In this document: positions 37,628 to 44,651 of the stretch, piece after piece | How positions within the stretch are numbered: position 1 is the stretch's first letter | Layout: each line of letters opens with the position of its first letter | NCBI GenBank assembly: GCA_036337435.1 | Contig: JAYZEG010000038.1 | Span: 1 to 44,651, forward strand | Direction of reading: 5' to 3' | DNA from: Myxococcota bacterium | GTDB taxonomy: Bacteria; Myxococcota_A; Bradymonadia; UBA7976; UBA1532 | Length of the DNA: 44,651 nt | Translations under genes and position numbers: made by a program | The notes under the pieces: model-generated | Databases searched by the model: none | What the model saw: only the letters and a program-made list of their open reading frames with translations | What the model was told of the DNA's origin: nothing

Positions 37628-37654
37628 GCTCTCTCCAAAATGCAAGGTACGCCG

Positions 37655-39244
37655 CTATTGTCGAAGTTCGTCCAATTGTGCACTGAGACGGTCGTAAGCC
37701 GCCTGCTGGATAGCAGTAAAGGGCTGTGCAAGCGGCGCGTTCGATTCAGTCGGATCCATAGTGAGATCGATGAGTGCATCCCCGCCCTCGAACCAGCGAA
37801 TCAATTTGAACTGCTGGTCACGTATTGTTCGACCCTCGTGGACTGATTGGGTTGCGTGCAGTAATTCGGAAAGCACAAATTCGCGGACCGGAGGGGAATT
37901 CGGCTCCCGCAGATAGGGCAGCAAGCTGCGGCCATCAATGGCCTCACCGAACGGTGTATCGGCGGGTGGAATTGCACCGGCTAATTCAAGAATCGTAGGG
38001 TAAAGGTCGCTGATGTCGACGACCGCATCAACGGTCCTACCGGGCTCGCTTACTTGCGGGCCGGCGATGACCAGGGGCACATGAATGCCGCCCTGATAGA
38101 GGGTATTTTTTGCTTGTTCTGAACGATAGGTTTCGATGACTTGGCCCGGTGTGCCGTTATCGCCAACAAAGATGACATGCGTGCGTTCCAGATTTGGGTC
38201 ATTGACTGTCTCCAACAGTCGTCCGATTTCCGCATCCAGTGCTTCGATGGACGCGATGTAACAGATGCGCTCGGCACCTGCTGGGCACGCTTCACCTTCC
38301 GGCAGGTTCTGCTGGTGCAGTTGTGGTGGTGGCGTATGAAAGGGTGCATGAGGCGCGTTAAAGCCCATCCATAAGAACCAATGTCCGTCACCTGCATTAA
38401 GCCAATCGATCGCGTCGTCTATGGTATCCGTTGTCACGTAGTTCTCAATCTCCTCCTCGCGTCCATTGACAACCTTCGTATATCGGTAATAGTCCGGTAC
38501 GCCACCGCGTAGTAAGCCTTCGAAGTGTTGGTAACCCATTTGGTTTGGATTATCGGCCCCTCCATTAAGTCGGTATGCCAGATGCCACTTGCCGATATTT
38601 GCGTGCCGGTAAGCCACTGGCGCCAAGGCATCGAGTGCCTTTGGAATGGTGAATTCTTCAAGCCGTATACCGGGAGAATCACCACCCTGAACAGGCGCGA
38701 CAACACCCGTGCGAAAGGGATAGCGCCCCGTGAGAATGGTCGCTCGCGTCGGTGAACAGATTGGATTGGCCCATGCATTTTCAAAGCGGACACCGTTGGC
38801 ACAAATGGCATCTAGATGGGGTGTGTTCGCCGTAGCGGTTGGCCACCCGTAGCAGGGGGCAGCGTCCAGCCCGAGGTCGTCGGCGATCAATAAGAGCACA
38901 TTTGTCGGCTCCAAGTCTGCTGCGGTCTGACCGCCCATACCGCCTTCGCCGCCAGCACCGCCAGCCCCGCTTTCGCCACCAGAACCGCCGGTGCCACCTG
39001 CATCAGCTGCACCTCCAGTGTCCGATGCATCCCCCACGCCCTCTCCGACGTCAGTGGTCGCCATATCGGAGGTGCGCTCAACGCGCATATCGTCTATGCC
39101 AACATCCCTGTTTTGGCCACGATCAAGTTGAGTGGCTGATAAATCTACCTCCAGACCAGAGTCACTGGTTGGCGAGGAGTTTGTATCGCCCTCGCATCCG
39201 TAGGGCATCAGCAAAAGTATGATCAAGGCAGCAAATGGCTTCAT
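37655..39244 (-). CDS. Sulfatase (formylglycine-dependent S1 family) lipoprotein
   Basis: LLLMPYG-C lipobox, Gly-rich linker, NVLLLIADDLG, TPHLD, CSPTRATILTGRY, GKWHL, NAPHAP, GDNG, LYQGGIHVP, DLYPTIL, IDGRSL. Confidence 0.93.
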   Translation of the reverse strand: MKPFAALIILLLMPYGCEGDTNSSPTSDSGLEVDLSATQLDRGQNRDVGIDDMRVERTSDMATTDVGEGVGDASDTGGAADAGGTGGSGGESGAGGAGGEGGMGGQTAADLEPTNVLLLIADDLGLDAAPCYGWPTATANTPHLDAICANGVRFENAWANPICSPTRATILTGRYPFRTGVVAPVQGGDSPGIRLEEFTIPKALDALAPVAYRHANIGKWHLAYRLNGGADNPNQMGYQHFEGLLRGGVPDYYRYTKVVNGREEEIENYVTTDTIDDAIDWLNAGDGHWFLWMGFNAPHAPFHTPPPQLHQQNLPEGEACPAGAERICYIASIEALDAEIGRLLETVNDPNLERTHVIFVGDNGTPGQVIETYRSEQAKNTLYQGGIHVPLVIAGPQVSEPGRTVDAVVDISDLYPTILELAGAIPPADTPFGEAIDGRSLLPYLREPNSPPVREFVLSELLHATQSVHEGRTIRDQQFKLIRWFEGGDALIDLTMDPTESNAPLAQPFTAIQQAAYDRLSAQLDELRQ

Positions 39245-39548
39245 GTTCGTCTCCGCGGTGTCGTTTTAATTGGGATGCCAACTGCGCGTGTTGCCCGAGC
39301 ATGCCGAGTGACCATAACTGCACCTAGGGGGGCGTACGTCAGCGCATACGCTCATGCGTCAATCTGTATCCGATCAATCGTCTTAAACCCAAAAGTCGTT
39401 TTCAATGCCACCGGTGTCTGTCAACTGGAGTGGCATTTTACTACGTTCATGGTCTCACTTTGGGGCCAAAGAGTTTGGGTGGTGACGTGCTCAGCTCGAT
39501 GCAAGCCCGTTTGGGCACCGTCCGGAGTGAGCACGTTCGTAGGATGGT

Positions 39549-40172
39549 TTACAGCTTATCGGCGTTGTCCGCGAGGTATGAAGCGACACCATCAGGTGTG
39601 TTGGTCATGCCTTTGTCTCCGCTTTGCCATCCAGCCGGACAGACTTGGCCGTTTTCTTCGAAAAATTGAAGTGCTTCAACCAGGCGAACGACGTCGTCCA
39701 TATTTCGCCCTAGGGGTTCATCGTTGACGACTTGGTGTCGCACGATCCCATTTCGGTCGATGACGTATGTGGCTCGCATGGAAACGCCAAGCGGATAGTA
39801 GGAATCTTCCGAATCAGCGAGGCATCCGTATGCGGTCGAAATTTCTCGAGTCATATCGGCAGCTAAAGCGAATGGTACGGGTCCGATACCGCCATCGTTC
39901 ACAGCCGTATTTCGCCATGCATTATGGGTCCAGTGAGAGTCGATGCTTACACCAACCACCTCGCATCCGAGTTCGCGTAGTTTTTCTGTGCGGTGTCCCA
40001 TGGCGATGATTTCTGACGGGCAGACGAAGGTGAAATCCATTGGGTAAAAGAAAATAACAGCATACCGGCCGTTGCGGGCTTCTTCGAAGTTAAAATTATC
40101 GACGATTTCGCCATCGGCTTTGACTGCTTGGGTGGTGAAATCAGGTGCCTTTCGGCCGACCAAAATACTCAT
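39549..40172 (-). CDS. ahpC: Typical 2-Cys peroxiredoxin (AhpC/TsaA)
   Basis: FFYPMDFTFVCPSE (peroxidatic Cys), GRNMD, VCPAGW (resolving Cys). GGAGG upstream. Confidence 0.95.
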   Translation of the reverse strand: MSILVGRKAPDFTTQAVKADGEIVDNFNFEEARNGRYAVIFFYPMDFTFVCPSEIIAMGHRTEKLRELGCEVVGVSIDSHWTHNAWRNTAVNDGGIGPVPFALAADMTREISTAYGCLADSEDSYYPLGVSMRATYVIDRNGIVRHQVVNDEPLGRNMDDVVRLVEALQFFEENGQVCPAGWQSGDKGMTNTPDGVASYLADNADKL

Positions 40173-40247
40173 GAGAATACCTCCGTTATGTGAATTTTTT
40201 AAGCGGGCCTTAAACCACGCCGTGCGTTCCCCTATTCATGCACGGGG

Positions 40248-40276
40248 ACCATATTGAGAACCGGTTCCATTGGCAA
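40248..40276 (-). promoter_or_regulatory. Sigma70 promoter of ahpC with a palindromic Fur/PerR-like operator in the spacer
   Basis: Minus strand TTGCCA-atggaaccggttctcaa(17)-TATGGT. Core palindrome GAACCGGTTC. Confidence 0.6.
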
Positions 40277-40549
40277 TAGTTACCCTTATAAATTCGCGTT
40301 TGCGTGTGCGGGATTTGCTTTCATGACCGCGATACGTTGATGAGTTATCGTTGTTACAGGCTCTCAGCCAGTGATAAAGCGGCTCAATGATGGGGTTGGT
40401 AAGAGTCGCTTGAAGCGCGACTCGCCTTCGGTCATGTGTAGAAATACGGGCATCAAAAGACCCCTTTGGAATGGAAAATTCACGTGTTTCACAGTAAAAC
40501 ACGGCCTCCCAAGCGCAGTTGACCCTGGCAAAAGAGGTGTAATTTTCCT

Positions 40550-41149
40550 ATGACAAAACCCGGTATGATTGTTCTTTCCATTCTCGTTTCATGTCTGCTC
40601 TCAGCTTGTTCGAAAAACGCCGATCCGTTACCACCACCAAAACCTGAGGTCGAGAAGGGCACGGACACGGCAGCAAAAGAACCAGTGAAAACACCTCAAA
40701 CTAACTCGACTCAGGCGGTGGCGGCAAAAAAGGAGCTCGTTGCCTACAGCAACTTGGCCAAGTCACTCCTAGAGTCGAGTAAGGCAACTAAAGGCCCCCA
40801 AGTCGTTGGGGTCCTGGCCGAGGAGTTGGTCAGCATTGGCGAACGAATCGCATCAGCGTTTTCAAAAAAACATGCTGGCTGTCGTGCTTACTTGGGGGCA
40901 CTTCTCGCGGCGTCAAAAAAGCTGACATCCCTGTCACTCGATGCGATTGAGCGGGATTATCATGCCGACGGGAAACTACCTAAAAGTCCAGATGATAAGT
41001 GCTATCACGCCAAAGACTTGGTCGTTCATCCGGCCACGGTTGTCATTTTGAGTCGTCAAGGCTTGACTGGGAAAGAACAGAGAGACAAGGCAACCGGTGA
41101 AATCGCTGAAGTTCTTGCCCACTTGAGTGACGTAGAAAGACATCTCTGA
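40550..41149 (+). CDS. Hypothetical lipoprotein, helical, with several His/acidic motifs
   Basis: LLSA-C lipobox, Pro/Lys/Thr linker, IERDYHADG, CYHAKDLVVHPATV, EVLAHL. AGAGGT upstream. Confidence 0.8.
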   Translation: MTKPGMIVLSILVSCLLSACSKNADPLPPPKPEVEKGTDTAAKEPVKTPQTNSTQAVAAKKELVAYSNLAKSLLESSKATKGPQVVGVLAEELVSIGERIASAFSKKHAGCRAYLGALLAASKKLTSLSLDAIERDYHADGKLPKSPDDKCYHAKDLVVHPATVVILSRQGLTGKEQRDKATGEIAEVLAHLSDVERHL

Positions 41150-41195
41150 ACCGGCTATCTGGCCTGACCGTGACCCAGGGCAACACATCGAGTGC

Positions 41196-42065
41196 CTAGG
41201 ACGATACTGCATTTCGGGCGCGAACGGTCACATCGATCATGGCTTGCCTCAGGCTATCTCGAGAGATTTCATATCCGAAGGATGTGTAGATTAAACGAGG
41301 CTCTGCGGCGATTTCGCAGAAAAATCCCCGGCTGTCCAACCCCGTCATTTTAATCGAGTTTGGCTCCAATCCATGGAGATTTCGGCAGATGAGCTCGAGG
41401 GCATCCCTGTGGTCGTCGTTCATATGTTCGATGGCGCCCGCGGCTACGTCGGCCAGTTCATCAGTCTTTTCCCGGCCCAGTAGCTCGTGTCCATCAAACC
41501 AACAAATTCGCCCGAACCCAGCGATGTAGCGGACCTTCTTGATGTCCCGAAGTCTCCAGAAGTTAAAGTCATGCGTCTGAAAGTAGCTGTCGCTCTTCGG
41601 CACCCGCTCTCGGTATCGTGCCTTCAGCGCGATGAATTCGTCTTCGGAAATGGCTGTTTGGTAGGGTTTCAAGTGCCGGGCTGTTGGCGAAGATTCAACG
41701 ACGAGCATTTCCATGTGGCCCACCAAAGTGGCTCGCCATTGCGCCTGCGGATCGCCTTTCGCGATACCTTGCCGTATGAACAGATTGCACCGTGTATCTT
41801 TCTTCAAGTTTTGTGTGTGGGCAGCAATATGTGCGATGAGCACATAGGGAGCCCCGTTTGAGTCGATGGCGAAGGGGACGACCGAATTGACTGGGAAGCC
41901 CGATAAATCTGGTTTTGCCCCTAAAGTCCCTAAAGTTGCGACATGAACGTCTTGCAGCCACTGCTTTACGTGGGTGGCCGGTTCGCTGCGTTGTGCCTGT
42001 CTGGACGCGGAGTCGATTTCTTGTTGCTGTGCTGTTGTTAGCTCTTGGTCACTCATCGCATTCAC
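41196..42065 (-). CDS. HugZ-like heme utilization protein (PNPO-like split barrel + DUF2470-type domain)
   Basis: ATLGTL, GFPVNSVVPFA, IAAHTQNL, THDFNFWRL, RYIAGFGRI, AIEHMNDDHRDAL, GLDSRG. Start at GTG 42065 or ATG 42056. Confidence 0.85.
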   Translation of the reverse strand: MNAMSDQELTTAQQQEIDSASRQAQRSEPATHVKQWLQDVHVATLGTLGAKPDLSGFPVNSVVPFAIDSNGAPYVLIAHIAAHTQNLKKDTRCNLFIRQGIAKGDPQAQWRATLVGHMEMLVVESSPTARHLKPYQTAISEDEFIALKARYRERVPKSDSYFQTHDFNFWRLRDIKKVRYIAGFGRICWFDGHELLGREKTDELADVAAGAIEHMNDDHRDALELICRNLHGLEPNSIKMTGLDSRGFFCEIAAEPRLIYTSFGYEISRDSLRQAMIDVTVRARNAVSS

Positions 42066-42277
42066 ACTGCTTTCTTTGGGTCATCTTGACTCTGTTTGGT
42101 CGACGGGTTTGGTCAGGCCTTTGAGCATTCCGGACATCTCGTTTTCATGTCAATCCTTGGCATTGAATCGAATCGTTTTACACGAATCGGCTGCACTGGT
42201 TTTCGATGCGCCTAGAGTAGCCAATATCGCCGTCGTGTCACGCTATTGAACATCGCAAACTGGCGCAACCAAATAAT

Positions 42278-42306
42278 TAAATTGAAAATCATTATCAAAA
42301 TCATTA
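42278..42306. promoter_or_regulatory. Fur box in the divergent hugZ-like / lipoprotein-TBDR promoter region
   Basis: TAAATTGAAAATCATTATC matches GATAATGATAATCATTATC at 15/19. The 7-1-7 core TGAAAAT-C-ATTATCA has one mismatch. AAAATCATTA repeats 12 nt later. AT-rich island. Confidence 0.8.
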
Positions 42307-42371
42307 AATATACAGCACAGGTGTACGATGTCTTTCTCTTTCGCGCTCTCCATGGTTTAGGATTTTCTGAG

Positions 42372-43034
42372 ATGAAGCTTTTCAATTTGACCTACTTTCT
42401 AGGTTTTGTGCTGATTGTTGGCTGTGGTTCTGACAACGACGATTCGCCCGATGACAATGGGGGTGGCGGCAGTGCCGGGGTCGTTGGCAATGGCGAGGTT
42501 GGCGGTCAAGAGTCCGCTGGGAGCGCCGGGGCTGCTGGGGAATCGATGCTGGACGCAGCAACGGATGGAACTGGTGGCACTGGTGGTGCGGCAGGTGCCG
42601 GTGGTGCTGATGGTCCGACTGACGGCGGTAATACGAGCACCGATGGGTCTGGTTGCTATAACCAAAATAGCCATATGTGTAATTGTGCCATCAGTGAAAA
42701 CACCTGCGCAGAATCTGGTGGTGTTTGGACTCAACAGTGTGCATGTGACAACGGCAACCCAGGTGGTGGCCAACACCATGGTGATGGGGGTGCATCAGGT
42801 TGCTATGACCCCGTCAGTCACATGTGTGATTGTGACGTAGATGATGTGACTTGTACCGACCAAAGCGGCATATGGACAGATCGATGTGGGTGTGATGAGA
42901 ACGACCAGGGGGGTGGTTCTGCCGCCGATGGCTCAGGGTGCTACGACATTTCGATCCACATGTGTGATTGCGACACCAATGAGTCCGCATGTGGCGAATC
43001 CGGCGGGATTTGGACCGATATGTGTGGATGTTAA
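42372..43034 (+). CDS. Lipoprotein with Gly-rich linker and three 6-Cys His-Met repeats
   Basis: AGGA upstream of ATG 42372, MKLFNLTYFLGFVLIVG-C lipobox, three GCYx4HMCxCx6Cx4G(V/I)WTx2CxC units. Confidence 0.85.
   Translation: MKLFNLTYFLGFVLIVGCGSDNDDSPDDNGGGGSAGVVGNGEVGGQESAGSAGAAGESMLDAATDGTGGTGGAAGAGGADGPTDGGNTSTDGSGCYNQNSHMCNCAISENTCAESGGVWTQQCACDNGNPGGGQHHGDGGASGCYDPVSHMCDCDVDDVTCTDQSGIWTDRCGCDENDQGGGSAADGSGCYDISIHMCDCDTNESACGESGGIWTDMCGC
42651..43031 (+). repeat. Three intragenic copies of a 32-aa Cys-rich module
   Basis: GCYNQNSHMCNC...WTQQCAC / GCYDPVSHMCDC...WTDRCGC / GCYDISIHMCDC...WTDMCGC. Confidence 0.9.
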
Positions 43035-43063
43035 TCCACTGACGGAAAGCCACAAAATTGGTC

Positions 43064-44651
43064 ATGAGTTCATCTTTTTCAACGTGGGTTAGAGCCTCCT
43101 TAATCAGTGGTTTATGTGCAGTCGCACCTGGCATTTGGACAAGTGCCTTTGCTCAACCAAGCGACGTGACCTCGCCCGCCGATCCCACAGACGATTCGCA
43201 AGCAGATGCTCGTGAAAACGACATGATTGTCACCGGCACTCGGACACCTCAGCGCCGCGCGGACAGTCCAATTTCGACGGAGGTCATCACCCGCGAAGAA
43301 ATCGAGAACAGTGGCGCGACCAATCTGGGACAATTGATGGCCAATACGGCTGGCGTACAAGTCCAACGTACCTTTGCTGGCGTGGGTCTTGCCTTACAAG
43401 GGCTCGATGCGAAGCATACCTTAGTGTTGCTCGATGGAAACCGGCTCCCTGGTTCAAAAGATGGTGTCTTCGATATCGAACGGCTCAATCTTGAAAACAT
43501 CGAACGGGTTGAGATTTTAAGGGGGGCAGGGTCGGCGCTTTATGGTGCCGATGCATTAGGCGGCGTCGTGAACATCATCACGCGCAAAGAGTCTCGAAAG
43601 GACCATGTGAGGTCTCATTTACAGACTTTTCTAGGCAATGATAAATCATCGGAGACAATGGGTCGATTCAGTACTCGGCAGGGCAGCGTCTCTGGCACTT
43701 TGTCTGGTGGATATCACTGGTTGCCCGCCTTTAGAGTGGACTCGGACGATAGGGCCAGCGACAACGCCACCGATGGCAGTTCTATCGAAGATTGGTATAT
43801 TCGAAGCCTTGGAAGAGTTGATCTTGTCAAGCGGTCCCGACTCAATGCGGGCCTCGAGTATTCAAAGCGACAGAGGGCTGGTGTTGACGCATCGGAGAGC
43901 GGTGCTGTCTTTGACCGGCGTCAAGTCGTAGATATGTACGACGCCTTCATTAGTTTTGAGCATAAGGCGGATGGCGGAGACCGGTTCGTTTCATCCCTTC
44001 GATACAATTACCTCCGCGATCAATTTCTCATGGATCAGCGGTTGTCCGATAGGCGGGACAAGTATGAGGATTCAAGGCTTCAGTATACCCAAGGCAACGG
44101 ACAGACCGACCTACAACTGCCCGCGCAAAATGTCCTAAGCCTTGGCGTTGATGGGATCTTTGAGACGGCTGATAATCCGAGGATTATCAGAAACGACGAC
44201 TGTGATTTTGAGTCGCCATCGACATTGTGCAGAACGGCTGATCGGTATCGCGGTGCAGTCTATCTGCAAAACGTTTGGACCATACTCAGCGACCCATATC
44301 TTGTTCTCGTTGCCGGCAGCCGGCTCGAGGGGGACAGCCGGTTTGGTTACGTCACCGTCCCCCGCATCGCGCTCCGTTATGACCCGATAGATTCATTGAC
44401 GCTACGGACCAGCATCGGCCAAGGGTATCGAGCCCCCTCCTTCAAGGAATTGTATCTTCGATTCGACAATCCAAGTGTGGGCTACACAGTCAGGGGCAAT
44501 GATGAGCTGGAGCCTGAATTGTCCATGAGCTATCAGATAGGCGCCGACCTGACGCTCAGTTCCTTCGCCAGTGTCTACGTGAATTTGTTTAGAAACGAGG
44601 TTGAGGGTCTCATTGATTATGATTTGGTCACGCCGGGCACTGCCGATGGCA
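43064..44651 (+). CDS. TonB-dependent outer membrane receptor (3' truncated by the window; not in the ORF track)
   Basis: Hand translation of the 5' part: signal peptide MSSSF...SAFA, DMIVTGTRT TonB-box region, EVITREEIE, LQGLDAKHTLVLLDG, IERVEILRGAGSALYGADALGGVVNIIT plug signature. Later barrel motif GYRAPSFKELY...LEPE. The middle was not checked codon by codon. Confidence 0.93.
   Translation, partial: MSSSFSTWVRASLISGLCAVAPGIWTSAFAQPSDVTSPADPTDDSQADARENDMIVTGTRTPQRRADSPISTEVITREEIENSGATNLGQLMANTAGVQVQRTFAGVGLALQGLDAKHTLVLLDGNRLPGSKDGVFDIERLNLENIERVEILRGAGSALYGADALGGVVNIITRKESRKDHVRSHLQTFLGNDKSSETMGRFSTRQGSVSGTLSGGYHWLPAFRVDSDDRASDNATDGSSIEDWYIRSLGRVDLVKRSRLNAGLEYSKRQRAGVDASESGAVFDRRQVVDMYDAFISFEHKADGGDRFVSSLRYNYLRDQFLMDQRLSDRRDKYEDSRLQYTQGNGQTDLQLPAQNVLSLGVDGIFETADNPRIIRNDDCDFESPSTLCRTADRYRGAVYLQNVWTILSDPYLVLVAGSRLEGDSRFGYVTVPRIALRYDPIDSLTLRTSIGQGYRAPSFKELYLRFDNPSVGYTVRGNDELEPELSMSYQIGADLTLSSFASVYVNLFRNEVEGLIDYDLVTPGTADG

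Noticed and set aside
42246..42371. ORF-track N-terminal extension (TTG start) of the Cys-repeat lipoprotein
   Set aside because: It runs through the AT-rich Fur box/promoter. ATG 42372 gives a clean lipoprotein signal peptide with an RBS.
42066..43063. Cobalamin riboswitch / BtuB assignment for the TonB receptor
   Set aside because: No B12-box elements are visible. A Fur box and a HugZ-like neighbour point to iron or heme instead.
1..44651. Mobile elements, prophage, rRNA/tRNA, recoding (selenocysteine or frameshift) and pseudogenes
   Set aside because: No transposase, integrase or phage genes were seen. The recognised genes appear full length, with no split frames needing recoding.

Overview
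A gene-dense chromosomal window of moderate GC (by eye roughly 50-55%). Its protein style suggests a probably marine Myxococcota/deltaproteobacterial genome (inference): a Ser/Thr kinase-STAND-WD40 protein, MopE-type Cys/Asp repeats, and many lipoproteins with acidic or Gly-rich linkers. In order it holds: a CxxCH lipoprotein; a stand-alone, somewhat divergent thrS; dCMP deaminase; xdhA-xdhB plus a WelO5-like 2OG-Fe(II) oxygenase; an 1886-aa kinase-nSTAND-TM-WD40 protein; a MopE-repeat lipoprotein; pepC; a large NAD-GDH; an orphan radical SAM protein; a tyrosine-catabolism cluster (fahA-maiA / marR / hppD-VOC) with no hmgA; kamA and flavodoxin; a run of exported hydrolases; an orphan rpsD with a sigma54-like promoter and structured leader; sulfatase; ahpC; and a Fur-boxed iron/heme locus (HugZ-like gene, Cys/His-Met repeat lipoprotein, and a TonB-dependent receptor truncated by the window edge and absent from the ORF track). 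I found no tRNA, rRNA, CRISPR array or mobile element. The best candidates for new biology are (1) a VOC protein in the place of homogentisate dioxygenase, (2) a Fur-regulated, triple-repeat His-Met/6-Cys lipoprotein ahead of the TonB receptor, and (3) an HxD-type WelO5 homolog coupled to xanthine dehydrogenase. All family calls come from motifs recognised by eye; no database searches were run.
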